NCBI GenBank assembly: GCA_963777505.1
Contig: CAVZQN010000008.1
Span: 416,001 to 480,000 of the forward strand
Direction: 5' to 3'
Origin: an uncultured bacterium
GTDB lineage: Bacteria; Acidobacteriota; HRBIN11; JAKEFK01
Length of the DNA: 64,000 nt
The stretch's first letter is position 1. Every line of letters begins with the position of its first letter. The notes under the pieces were generated by a model. The model had not been told where the DNA came from. It searched no databases and saw nothing but the letters and a program-made list of their open reading frames with translations. A program made the position numbers and the translations under genes. Of the stretch, positions 26,070 through 38,136 are shown one piece after another.

Positions 26070-27857
26070 TCATTTACTATAATCCAAATCCTCCGTAGTT
26101 GTCTGCGGCGTTTGCCCGGTCTCCTCGCGAAAAGCTGCGATCGCATGGCGGTTGGTCGGGAACAGCCGGTTCTCTCCAATCAACTTCAATAGATGATAAT
26201 TCGCCAGCAGATCCCGGATCAACGGATTTGCACGGCTCACGGCAACGGTCACTCCGCGTTTGGTCAGACTCGTCACAACCTGGCGCAGGGTTTCCTCGCC
26301 CGAGGTGTCGATATCGTTCATCGCTCCCGCATCCAGCACGAACCATTTGACGGGAGCGGCGGCTTGCGCGACCAGTTTCTCCACCTCTTCTTCAAAAGTA
26401 CCGGAATTGGCAAAATAGAGCGATGCGCCAAAGCGATAAATGACCAATCCGGAAGCGTTCGGAGCATGGTCTGTTCCCTCAGGGACAAAGTAACTGCCGT
26501 CCGAGGCTGCCTGTAGTACCCAGGTGCCAGGCCGAGCCGCCCGCCGGAGCAGATCGATCGTGGCCAGCAGAAAGGCAATGATGACAGCCTGTAATGGCCC
26601 AAAAACCAGGACACTGATCAGGCATACGGCGGCAACCCAGAATTCGGACCTACGCAGCTTCCAAAATTCCCGTAGCTCTTTGACTTCAATCAGATTCAAC
26701 ACGGCACTGGCAACAACCCCGGCCAGTGCTGCGGTGGGCAGGGATGCCAGTTGACCTGTGAAGAAAACCATGACCAGGGCGACTGTCGCTGCCGCCAGCA
26801 GGCTTGAGAGTTGCGTGCGGGACCCTGCGGCGTCCATGGCCGCAGTGCGCGAGGCGCTGGGACCCGAGATCAACGAACCGGTGAACCCGCTGGCCACGCT
26901 GGACATGCCGTAGGCAAAGAGCACCTGGTTGCCATCCGCCTTGGTATTATGCTTTCGGTTGCAACTGCGGACCAGCAGCAAGGCCTCGCACAAAGTGATG
27001 CCGACCACCGCCAGGGCTCCGGGCAGCAAGCGGAAATAGTCGGCTATCGGCACCGTGGGCAACGTCAGGGATGGTAACCCCGACGGCATCTCCCCAAGCA
27101 CTTTGACCCCATGTCGATCCAGGCCGAACACGGCGACGATGACCGTCATCAGGATCAATGCGATCAGTGCCGCTGGAACTTTGGGCGCGTATCGCTTCAT
27201 CACGCGCACGATCACAAATGTGCCCAGCCCGATCGCGACCGAGTAGAGATTCGCATGAGGTATCGACGCAAACAGCGCGGCGAGCTCGACAAAATAACCG
27301 GTGGTGTGGCCGGAGGTTGCAATTGCTCCATGAAGTTGTTCCAACTGCGCTTCCAATCCGGATCCTGCGACGTGAGTGGCCCCGAGTATCCTTCTCAACT
27401 GGTTGGTCAATACCTCAATCCCCAGGCCGGTGATAAAGCCGGCCAGTACAGCGCGGGAGAGAAAATTGGCGAGAAACGCCAACCGGAAAAACCAGAACAC
27501 GAAGAAAAGCACACCGCACAGCATCGCAACGGCCAGGGCATATTGCATACGCAGCGGATCTCCTATCGGGGCAAAGCCGAGCAGCAATGCACCGAGGATC
27601 GCGGAAATAGGGGCATCCGGGCTCCCCACAACATGGGGCGAGCTGGTGAAGAGGGCAAATATCACCAATGGAATGATGCCCGCATAGAGACCGAACACAG
27701 GAGGCAGCCCTGCCACCTCCGCATATCCGATATTGAGGGGGATAATCAGGGCCGCGAGGGTAATACCGGCTGAGATCTCGCGAGGTAGATCTGTCCAGGA
27801 CATTCCTCGCAAACCTGAAAGCACTGTGGGCCATCGAATTCTCTCTGGCTTATGCAT
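26070..27857 (-). CDS. SulP family anion transporter with STAS domain
   Basis: AGITLAALIIP, YAEVAGLPP, SASRTA, LYFAN and DIDTSG. Confidence 0.92.
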   Translation of the reverse strand: MHKPERIRWPTVLSGLRGMSWTDLPREISAGITLAALIIPLNIGYAEVAGLPPVFGLYAGIIPLVIFALFTSSPHVVGSPDAPISAILGALLLGFAPIGDPLRMQYALAVAMLCGVLFFVFWFFRLAFLANFLSRAVLAGFITGLGIEVLTNQLRRILGATHVAGSGLEAQLEQLHGAIATSGHTTGYFVELAALFASIPHANLYSVAIGLGTFVIVRVMKRYAPKVPAALIALILMTVIVAVFGLDRHGVKVLGEMPSGLPSLTLPTVPIADYFRLLPGALAVVGITLCEALLLVRSCNRKHNTKADGNQVLFAYGMSSVASGFTGSLISGPSASRTAAMDAAGSRTQLSSLLAAATVALVMVFFTGQLASLPTAALAGVVASAVLNLIEVKELREFWKLRRSEFWVAAVCLISVLVFGPLQAVIIAFLLATIDLLRRAARPGTWVLQAASDGSYFVPEGTDHAPNASGLVIYRFGASLYFANSGTFEEEVEKLVAQAAAPVKWFVLDAGAMNDIDTSGEETLRQVVTSLTKRGVTVAVSRANPLIRDLLANYHLLKLIGENRLFPTNRHAIAAFREETGQTPQTTTEDLDYSK

Positions 27858-27922
27858 ATATCATCCTTAAAGATTATTGCTCTTTCATCGGTTGTTTTGA
27901 CAATTCTAGTCCGTCGAGCCCC

Positions 27923-28231
27923 TCAAGAGAGTGCCACCATGATTTTTTCGTCCACGATCTTCACCGGATAACTAGCCACGCCGTAATCAGGAACGTGAAT
28001 CGTGTTCCCAGTGGTTACGTCGTATCGCCAGCCGTGAGCCCGACAGGTCACGACTTTTCCCTCCAACTTGCTTGATCCCAAAGATTGTCCTTGATGGAGA
28101 CAGGCATTTGCCATCGCGTAGATCGTTCCATCCACGTTGAAGAGGGCAACCTCTTTGCCTGCGACTGTCACACAAGTGCCCGTTCCAGGCGGGAGTTCGT
28201 CCAAGCGCGCTGCCTCAATGTATTCAGCCAT
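27923..28231 (-). CDS. Rieske [2Fe-2S] ferredoxin
   Basis: CLH...CRAHGWRYDVTTG. Confidence 0.92.
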   Translation of the reverse strand: MAEYIEAARLDELPPGTGTCVTVAGKEVALFNVDGTIYAMANACLHQGQSLGSSKLEGKVVTCRAHGWRYDVTTGNTIHVPDYGVASYPVKIVDEKIMVALS

Positions 28232-28243
28232 GGGTTATTTACT

Positions 28244-29107
28244 TTACAGCTCCACCGCAAGAGGTTGCCGCCGCCTGCTCCACAAGGGGTAGACGATCGT
28301 AACAACGATGTTGACCAACAGAAATAAGAGAGCAGCCGGTATCGCGAGTTTCTCCCCCGGAAAGTTGGCCTGGACGATTAGAATCGCCAGTCCCGGGTGA
28401 CGCGAAGCCATCGAAAAAGCCAGCGCCGTTCGATTCGCCGGCGTCGGTCCGCCAAGGAGGTGTCCGATCACCAGACCGGCAAGCACAAATGCTATGATTG
28501 CAAGAACGGCCCCATTTCCTACGAACGTCCACATTGCTGGCGCGGCCAAGAACATCAGGGAGCCAAGGCACACCAATACCCCCACACCTGCGATCCTTGA
28601 AATCGGTGCTGCCAGGCGTTGGGAAAGGGCATGCGAATACCTGCGCACTGCGACACCGAGGCCCAGGGGTAGCAGAACCACCAGGAACACAAAGGCGGCA
28701 ATGGAAATGACCCTCATTTGTAGCGGCACACTGTAGACCCGCTCGATTGTCTCCATGGCGAGTGGCACGAAAATGATGGCCAATAGGCTGCCCATGATGA
28801 GAACGCTGATCGCGTACGCGAGTGAAGCTTCTGTCTTGGCCGTTTGCAACGGGAGCAGAGTAGGAACTGGCGCGACGGACAAAGCCACCAGTGCCAGCTT
28901 CACCGCCGGGTTAAGATCAAAGATCAATACGAGGAAGGCCACGAAAAGCGGCATCAAAACACTCATGGCGAGCAGCGCACGAACGAGTTCGCCCGGGTGG
29001 CGAAACAAATAGGTCGCGTCCCGCACACTGGCCCGGAGTCCGATCGCGAAGACGACGAAAAACAGGCTTATGTTAAGCGCAATTGGGAGCAGCTTCGCTA
29101 GGGTCAT
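28244..29107 (-). CDS. Bile acid:sodium symporter (BASS) family transporter
   Basis: About 9 TM helices and GHLLGGP...RTALAFSMASRHPGLA. Confidence 0.8.
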   Translation of the reverse strand: MTLAKLLPIALNISLFFVVFAIGLRASVRDATYLFRHPGELVRALLAMSVLMPLFVAFLVLIFDLNPAVKLALVALSVAPVPTLLPLQTAKTEASLAYAISVLIMGSLLAIIFVPLAMETIERVYSVPLQMRVISIAAFVFLVVLLPLGLGVAVRRYSHALSQRLAAPISRIAGVGVLVCLGSLMFLAAPAMWTFVGNGAVLAIIAFVLAGLVIGHLLGGPTPANRTALAFSMASRHPGLAILIVQANFPGEKLAIPAALLFLLVNIVVTIVYPLWSRRRQPLAVEL

Positions 29108-29853
29108 GACCTATGCGAAAGACGTTCTAGTTCATCGGCAAGAATTGGGACGCCGAGATTACTCGCCTGCATACCCTGGGCGACACAGATTTTGAGTACT
29201 TCCATGATCTCCTCCATCGTTGCGCCGAGTTTCAGTGCCGACTGGATATGCCGGCGTGTCCCGGGCGCATACATATGAGTGATCGAAGCATCGACGGCGA
29301 TACTTAGTAGCTCCGCCAGCTTGGGCGTGAATATGCCGCTCGTGTAAACCGGCAGGCTCGCGGCGATTATCGCTTCCGTCCACGCCGGATCCAGCTCAAA
29401 GAACGCGTCCCAAGCCGTATTCCACTGACCCGCGGCTTTCATCTTGTCGCAAACTGGCGTCGCCGCCGGTTCCTTCGGCCTCGGCTTCACCCCCGCTGCT
29501 TTCGCTTCTTCCAACAGAATGGGCGCGCCCAGGCTTGCTGTATGGATCGACAGCAGAGACGCGATCTTGAGGATCATCAGGATCTCATCACGGCTCGCAC
29601 CGGCTTCGAGTGCGCCACGAATGTGGCGTCGGGTTCCCTCGGCACTCAAGTTCGTACAAGCAGCATTCACAGCAAGACTGATTAGCTCAATATCTTTGCG
29701 CGGCAATACGCCGCTGGCCCACGGGTTGTTGGACATCTTGAGGCATTGGTCGACAAAGACCGGGTCCCATTCGCGAAACTTGGTTAGCGCAGGGCTGTCC
29801 CAGGGGCCGGCTTCCGGTGCCAAAGGGGAACTCTTTTGGTTTTTCGAATTCAT
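29104..29853 (-). CDS. Double-domain carboxymuconolactone decarboxylase (CMD) family protein
   Basis: Two repeats of ELI/LSxAV...GTRRHIxxALxxGA. Confidence 0.85.
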   Translation of the reverse strand: MNSKNQKSSPLAPEAGPWDSPALTKFREWDPVFVDQCLKMSNNPWASGVLPRKDIELISLAVNAACTNLSAEGTRRHIRGALEAGASRDEILMILKIASLLSIHTASLGAPILLEEAKAAGVKPRPKEPAATPVCDKMKAAGQWNTAWDAFFELDPAWTEAIIAASLPVYTSGIFTPKLAELLSIAVDASITHMYAPGTRRHIQSALKLGATMEEIMEVLKICVAQGMQASNLGVPILADELERLSHRS

Positions 29854-29913
29854 ATCTCTCCTTCACCGACCGAGTCCCGCCTCGAACAGAAGGAGGACCG
29901 GATTAGCGATTGA

Positions 29914-31056
29914 TTACTTTTTTGGCTGGGCCGGGGGCGGCACCATGCAGTAGGCCATGGGATGCGAATCGGATATCTGATGCGCGACTCCCTTCTTTCC
30001 GTCGGTTTCCCAAACCATGAAGCCCTTACCATCTGCTCCGCGATTGGGCGACATACCGAGGTTCTTTAGCGTCTCGTCTACGCTATTGTATATGACCCCG
30101 ATTTTCATGATGTCGCGCGCTTCCTCCGCGGTCGCAACCTTGCGGCCGAATCGCTCGCAGAGGTCCACTGCCGCCTTGATCTGATCCACCGAAGTCATAC
30201 GCTGTCGTTTGCTGTTCCAGAGATTGTCCTCGATGCCGACTCGAACATGCTGACCCATGATGATCGCCATCGGCTGGGCGACCGCGTTGACCCGCATCCC
30301 CGCCCAGAATGTGACAACTGCACCCTGCGGTTCGCGCTGGAGCCAGTGCATCCAATCGAACGGATTGTGACCGCACCCTCCGCCGCCATACATGGTGATG
30401 TTGGTGTTCAGTGGGCCCATGTATGCGCCGTGGCGGATCAGCCGCTCCACAATCTCGAGCTGGTGAACATGCGCCAGAGTAAAGTAGGGCTGTATACCAT
30501 GCTGTTTCAGGCGCTTCAGGTGCTCCAGGTAGAAAGCCGGACCGGCATCGGTATACATGCCCGCGTAAGCCGCTATGACCTTCGGATCCTCGAGATGCGT
30601 CCCCTTCACATCATCCGCGGTCCACATCTGCGTGATGTCGAACATGGAGGTGCCAATGGCCACCGTGACGGTCTCCGGCGTTGGTTTCAGTTCAGCGAGC
30701 ATGTGACGCGTATCGTAGTCCAGCCACTTCGCCTTATCGCCGTCGCTCTTGGGCGAGAATGCGATCGAGCCGCCGACCTGCATGATCATTTTGGGCACGG
30801 CTTTCTTGAGGAGTTCGAGCATGTGATTGTAGTGCTCGATATCCGCCGAGAGGTGCCCGGTCGCAGGGTTGCGCACGTGGAGGTGCAATACCCGGGCGCC
30901 AGCGTTATAACAATCCACCGCCGACTGGACCTGCTCGTCCCAGGTGACAGGGATATCAGGCGCGTCGCCCGGCAGCCACGTAGGCCCGTACGGCGCTGCA
31001 GTGATGATAAGCGGTGTCATGTTTTCGGGGTAGAGTGAATCATCTGTGTAGTGCAA
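29914..31056 (-). CDS. BKACE (DUF849) beta-keto acid cleavage enzyme
   Basis: IITAAPYG, CYNAGARVLHLHVR and GQHVRVGIEDN. TTG start after AGGAG. Confidence 0.9.
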   Translation of the reverse strand: MHYTDDSLYPENMTPLIITAAPYGPTWLPGDAPDIPVTWDEQVQSAVDCYNAGARVLHLHVRNPATGHLSADIEHYNHMLELLKKAVPKMIMQVGGSIAFSPKSDGDKAKWLDYDTRHMLAELKPTPETVTVAIGTSMFDITQMWTADDVKGTHLEDPKVIAAYAGMYTDAGPAFYLEHLKRLKQHGIQPYFTLAHVHQLEIVERLIRHGAYMGPLNTNITMYGGGGCGHNPFDWMHWLQREPQGAVVTFWAGMRVNAVAQPMAIIMGQHVRVGIEDNLWNSKRQRMTSVDQIKAAVDLCERFGRKVATAEEARDIMKIGVIYNSVDETLKNLGMSPNRGADGKGFMVWETDGKKGVAHQISDSHPMAYCMVPPPAQPKK

Positions 31057-31119
31057 GGTAATTCTCCTTTCGAGTGTTGTGACTTGGTTCGTATTTCCGT
31101 TGAAGTTATGATTTTTTAT

Positions 31120-31509
31120 CTATTCGGGTTCTGGCATCGGAAATGCCATTGGATCGGCCTCCCAGATTGCGAAAAAATTTCCGTCCGGATCGGCCACCAC
31201 TGCGTACCACGCCGTTTTCGGGACCGCTGTTTTCGGTCGCACAACTGAACCACCAAGTGCAGTCAATTGCTCGACAGTCTTGTCAAGCGATTCCACGTGG
31301 ACGTAATGCATCCAACTTCGAGGCTCGGGAATGGGCCGGAAAAGCAAACCGCCATTGCTTCTATTCGAGTCAGCAGGAGTGGTTTGAATGCGCCAATAAT
31401 CCAAACCCGGCACCTTCTCAATTTTCCAGCCAAGAAGCGCGCGGTAAAACTCGGCGAGCTTTACAGGCTCTTCGGCATAGATCTCAAAGTGAGTGACTGA
31501 ATTCGTCAT
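31120..31509 (-). CDS. VOC/glyoxalase family protein
   Basis: HFEI...FY, NGGL, GG.VVRPK and ADPDGNFFAIWE. Confidence 0.9.
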   Translation of the reverse strand: MTNSVTHFEIYAEEPVKLAEFYRALLGWKIEKVPGLDYWRIQTTPADSNRSNGGLLFRPIPEPRSWMHYVHVESLDKTVEQLTALGGSVVRPKTAVPKTAWYAVVADPDGNFFAIWEADPMAFPMPEPE

Positions 31510-31667
31510 TTATTGCTCCGACTGCATGCCGTTAAGAAATTCCACAGTGGCCGATGCGGGTTTCGACTTTATCGGGGTTGTGATTTCATGTGTGCTATCG
31601 ATACTGGCCCTATCAGTAAGGGTTCACCGATAGATCGAGATTATATTAAGAGGTAGCAGCGCAAGTA

Positions 31668-31687
31668 TATGGGACTTTAGTCCAATA
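31668..31687. promoter_or_regulatory. Palindromic candidate operator upstream of the VOC-BKACE operon
   Basis: TATgGGACT-TT-AGTCCaATA. Confidence 0.4.
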
Positions 31688-31733
31688 GAGATGGTGCATC
31701 CGTATCCAAATTCATTTTTAAAACGAACACACG

Positions 31734-33194
31734 TTAATTCTTTTCGAGTTGTTGCTTGGCTTTTTCGCGTTCGAGATTCTCTTCTACAACAAGTTTATAA
31801 GCAATGTAGTATTTGTAAATATTGCTTACGTAGGTAACAGTTTCCTGTCCAATTTTTTCTGCCGCGATCAGTTCAACATTATTGAACCAGACATTTGGAT
31901 CAAGCCCTCTCTTCTTGGCTTCTGCCCTGAGCGTGCGCATTCTACCGGGGCCTGCGTTGTACGAAGCAAACGTGAAAAGCATTTTGTTCAATTGATCCAT
32001 CGGTTCGTTTTTGTAATAATGATCGATCATGAACCGCATGTATTTGATGCCTGCGTGAACGTTCGCTTCTGATTGACTAATGTCTCCGACATTCATTTCT
32101 TTTCCCGTAGCCGGCATCAGTTGCATTACACCGACTGCACCAACCTGACTCTTCACACCCTGGTCCAATCGCGATTCCTGATAGCCTTGAGCTGCCATAA
32201 GAATCCAATCTACCGCATATTGTTGACCATATTTCTCGAAAACTTGCCTTAACTGTCTGTACTTTTTTAGTTCCTCTTCGGAGGCAGCATTCTTCACGAA
32301 CTTTGTGCTCTTTAGGTATTTTTGCAAAACAATATTTCCAAATGTAGTTCCCGCACCGTGGGTCTTAATAAACGCATTCAGCTCTGCCTTTAATTGCGGC
32401 GTATTCTTGCGAACAGCCCAGGCGAAATCTGCCCCTGTGCGTAGTGTTACATCGGGATGCAATGTGATATTCGGAAAAACTTGTTTCCAAAAATCGGCGG
32501 TGATCTTATCGACAACGACAATTTTTACGAGACCGGCATTTGTCATTTCAAGTAAGTCTTCGTCTTCAAAATTACCAGGGGCAAAGCGAAAAATGAGTTC
32601 TTTCTTTCCATCCTTCTTCAACTGCCCGTTTAGTTTAACCAGACTTTCATATTTTGCTCCGCCTTTTCTGACAAAAACTACCTGGCCGGAAAGGTCCTGA
32701 ACTGTTGTAATTTTTGGCGCACCTGGTCCGGTCACAACAATCTCGCTGGAATTTTTATAAACGGGGTCGGTAAAGTCAACGAACTTTTGCGATTCTGGAG
32801 TTATGGTAAAACCTCCAATAGCAACATCGCCATTTCCTTCCACCATGCGCGCTCGAATCTCATCGCGTGATACCGGGATAAATACCACATTTACGCGTAG
32901 CTTTCCAAGATTCATCTTTTTGTTCAATACAGTTTCAAACTCTTTCATCGCATCGTACGCGACGCCACGTTGTGTACCATTGTCCACGAAGTATGTCGTC
33001 TTGTTATAAATGACCAGGACACGAATGATTCTTCTCTCAATCATCCCATCTAAGTCCCCAGTCCATTTTTTGTAAGTGAGATTCATATCCATGGTAGGCG
33101 TTTGCTGCTTCTCTTGCGCGACTAAAATTGCGCAAATCATGAACATCAAGACGAAAGTCACAATTACTTTGAATCTGCTAAACGGAAAGCGCAT
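31734..33194 (-). CDS. MltF-like lytic transglycosylase (SBP_bac_3 + SLT)
   Basis: Signal peptide, WTGDLDGMIERR, AQGYQESRL, GAVGVMQL and ASYNAGP. Confidence 0.88.
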   Translation of the reverse strand: MRFPFSRFKVIVTFVLMFMICAILVAQEKQQTPTMDMNLTYKKWTGDLDGMIERRIIRVLVIYNKTTYFVDNGTQRGVAYDAMKEFETVLNKKMNLGKLRVNVVFIPVSRDEIRARMVEGNGDVAIGGFTITPESQKFVDFTDPVYKNSSEIVVTGPGAPKITTVQDLSGQVVFVRKGGAKYESLVKLNGQLKKDGKKELIFRFAPGNFEDEDLLEMTNAGLVKIVVVDKITADFWKQVFPNITLHPDVTLRTGADFAWAVRKNTPQLKAELNAFIKTHGAGTTFGNIVLQKYLKSTKFVKNAASEEELKKYRQLRQVFEKYGQQYAVDWILMAAQGYQESRLDQGVKSQVGAVGVMQLMPATGKEMNVGDISQSEANVHAGIKYMRFMIDHYYKNEPMDQLNKMLFTFASYNAGPGRMRTLRAEAKKRGLDPNVWFNNVELIAAEKIGQETVTYVSNIYKYYIAYKLVVEENLEREKAKQQLEKN

Positions 33195-33525
33195 TGTTTA
33201 CCTCACAGGGAATCGGAATGACAAGGATGAGTAAGATAATGTCATACATCTGACCGCGCCTCAACCCCGAGTTGTTGCCTTCAAATCAGAACAAAGTTGA
33301 AAGCGGATTAGTGTTCTTAATTCATGTTACGCTAGCAAACCTAGAGGCGAAAAGGATTGAGACGTACCTACTAAAAATCTAGTGGTCCGATTAATACTAC
33401 AACGATTATGATGGCTGGAGAGCTGTTGCCAGAGTGGGGACAAAGGACATACGCACATTTCCAACCAGACTTCAACTTCGTGATGTGATCTCCATTCGCT
33501 GCTTCAGCGCCGAGTCTCAGGTCAA

Positions 33526-33609
33526 AAGTACGAACAACGAAAACGATTTACGAACTACGAATGAGCTCTAGTTCATAGTCCGTTTTTCGATTGTTCGTTA
33601 TTCGTACTT
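33526..33609. repeat. Palindromic ACGAA-heptamer repeat with a GAGCTC core, copy E
   Basis: AAGTACGAACAACGA...ATGAGCTC...TCGATTGTTCGTTATTCGTACTT, directly after the katG stop. Confidence 0.8.
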
Positions 33610-33617
33610 ATTTATGA

Positions 33618-35958
<2,341 letters not shown>

Positions 35959-36004
35959 CTACCACGTCCTCCTGTTTATCCTTAGTGAGTTTTTTTTTAA
36001 CCTT

Positions 36005-36382
36005 TTAAGGGTTACTGGTTGAGCTGCAAGCCGGACAGATTCCAAGAAACTCAATTCGAAATTCGAGTATCCGGTATCGACGCAGTCTGGACTTTGGTAC
36101 GAAATCAATTTCACGCTGTGGTATGTCTTCAAGACGATTGCAGTTTGCACAGCGCAAATGGGAATGCTTTGAAAGATTTGCATCAAACCGTGAGGCGCCG
36201 CCATGCGTTGTATTAATTTCAAGCAGCTTCCCTTCTACGGTAAGTTGTTTTAGATTCCGGTAAACCGTTCCAAGACTAATGCGGGACATCTTCGTGCGAG
36301 CCTGTTCATATACCCAGTCCGCAGTCGGATGGCTCATCGTTGAAGCAACAATGTCATAAATCAGTGTTTTCTGCCGGCTCAT
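36005..36382 (-). CDS. Fur/PerR family transcriptional repressor
   Basis: HPTA, ISLGTVYRNL, RFD, HSHLRCxxC and GICPAC. It lies directly upstream of katG. Confidence 0.9.
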   Translation of the reverse strand: MSRQKTLIYDIVASTMSHPTADWVYEQARTKMSRISLGTVYRNLKQLTVEGKLLEINTTHGGASRFDANLSKHSHLRCANCNRLEDIPQREIDFVPKSRLRRYRILEFRIEFLGICPACSSTSNP

Positions 36383-36390
36383 CTTAGTAT

Positions 36391-36405
36391 TAGTAACGAT
36401 TACTA
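36391..36405. promoter_or_regulatory. 7-1-7 Fur/Per-type box
   Basis: TAGTAAC-G-ATTACTA (one mismatch), 8 nt upstream of the fur/perR ATG and next to a TAAAAT -10. Confidence 0.7.
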
Positions 36406-36493
36406 TTTTACCTTTTAGGAATACCGGAAGCAATCCCCCCACACGTTTTTCTTGATCAAAAATTACTATCTACAAATTGCAATAGATAAGAAG

Positions 36494-37963
36494 TTATGAG
36501 GCAGAGTCGGCTGGCTTAAACCTGATGTAAATGTGATCCTGGATCCAATGAGGATCCCACCATTCCGTTGGGTTGATCGGAATACCATGTAAAAAAAGTC
36601 CAAAGTGAAGATGATCACCGGCTGCTAATCCAGTTTCACCACTTCTTCCCAATACTTGTTTTTTCTTTACTGATTGTCCCTGTTTAACATCGATTGAGCT
36701 AAGATGTCCGTAAAGTGAAATGAGCCCATATCCATGATCAATCAACACACAATTTCCATAGATTCCAAGGTAATCAGCATAAACTACCAATCCATCGTTC
36801 GTTGCTTCAATCGGATATTGCTGCACCACAGATAGATCAAATCCAACATGATCCTGATGATCGATCACTTTTCCTTCATATGTATATGTTCGATGATCGG
36901 CAAATAGGGCTTCGACCTGGGATTTGCTTAACTGTAAAAACGCGCCGTTCCACAAAAACCGTTGTGGCGACTTTTCTGAAAGATTCTTTATTAAGGCATG
37001 ATTCACCTGACGGAGCTTGTTGTTGATTTCAAGAAAGCTCTTCAATGGATCACCCTGATCCTGTACATCAGAAGTTCTGGAGAGAATTTCAGGGACAACC
37101 TTTTGAAGGAAGTCATCCTGAATTTTGATTTCGCTTTCGCGAAATTTTTTGGGAAACAATTTAAACCAGAATCCAGCGACGGCCTGGTTTCCTGCCTCAT
37201 CTCGGGCCACAATCTTCAAAGGAGCTTTTGCATCCATGTTATATGCAAATGCAAAAAGAGAGAATTTCAAATCCTTTTCTCCGCCGCTCACCGGATAACC
37301 TGGGAAAAAATTAGGTCCGGCCTGAACACCCGACACTACTGCATCAGGTGAAACGCGATAGACCACACACTCGGAGCCGCCTTGATTGATGTAATGTTGT
37401 CCTGAAATGACCTGCAATCGCGGTGGATAAAGATCGAAAACAAAACTCTTTTGATTTTCAACGCTGTTGCCACGGAAAAAATTCCGGAGCGAGTGATCTA
37501 CTGCCGAAAATTTAAGGACAGCAGGTCCATCTTGAACTTTATATTTTGCAGCAATTAATTCGCCTAATTGGAAGGTCTTCGTTTGGCGATCTCCCAATTG
37601 CCAGAACTTCCCCAGTGTTGGACCTGCGTATTGTTCCTCAACCAAAGGAATGGTCTGATTTTTTTGAGTTAGTGTTGCGGAGAACTGTTTGAGTCCACTG
37701 CCCGAATCCTGAACTGTAATTGATATTTGAGGGTTGCGGCCTAATGCTTTGAAATCTTTTTCCAACAGAACCACCGGAGGCTTCCCTTCCCAGCGTGGCC
37801 AGCTCATAACCAGTGCAACGGTCAACGCCAGTACTACAACAACGATAAGAATAGGAAACAATCGGATTCGTGATTTGCGCTCTCCGTAGAAATCTTTTTT
37901 CGATTGGTCTGCTTTAGGGTTTCTGTAATAATCTTTTTTCATGAAACTATAATTCCTCTTCAA
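36494..37963 (-). CDS. M23 family metallopeptidase
   Basis: N-terminal TM anchor, HVGFD, YGNCVLIDHG, YGHL and GDHLHF. Confidence 0.9.
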   Translation of the reverse strand: MKRNYSFMKKDYYRNPKADQSKKDFYGERKSRIRLFPILIVVVVLALTVALVMSWPRWEGKPPVVLLEKDFKALGRNPQISITVQDSGSGLKQFSATLTQKNQTIPLVEEQYAGPTLGKFWQLGDRQTKTFQLGELIAAKYKVQDGPAVLKFSAVDHSLRNFFRGNSVENQKSFVFDLYPPRLQVISGQHYINQGGSECVVYRVSPDAVVSGVQAGPNFFPGYPVSGGEKDLKFSLFAFAYNMDAKAPLKIVARDEAGNQAVAGFWFKLFPKKFRESEIKIQDDFLQKVVPEILSRTSDVQDQGDPLKSFLEINNKLRQVNHALIKNLSEKSPQRFLWNGAFLQLSKSQVEALFADHRTYTYEGKVIDHQDHVGFDLSVVQQYPIEATNDGLVVYADYLGIYGNCVLIDHGYGLISLYGHLSSIDVKQGQSVKKKQVLGRSGETGLAAGDHLHFGLFLHGIPINPTEWWDPHWIQDHIYIRFKPADSAS

Positions 37964-38035
37964 ATAATTATGACTTTCGCATCAGTCATATGGTAACCAT
38001 GACTTCAACATAAAGCCACCGGCCTGGAAAGATTG

Positions 38036-38089
38036 GATGCAAAATGAGCTCAATTTGAAATTTGCAATCTAGAATTTGCGAGATGCAAC
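38036..38089. repeat. TGCAA-heptamer repeat with a GAGCTC core, copy D
   Basis: GCAAAATGAGCTCAATTTGAAATTTGCAATCT resembles the right half of 39841-39938. Confidence 0.6.
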
Positions 38090-38136
38090 AACAAAAAAGA
38101 AGGACGAACGTGTTATTATGCTCGTAGTTTCACAAC

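Noticed and set aside
33200-33520. Possible ncRNA or decayed gene between mltF and katG
   Set aside because: No recognisable riboswitch, structure or convincing translation.
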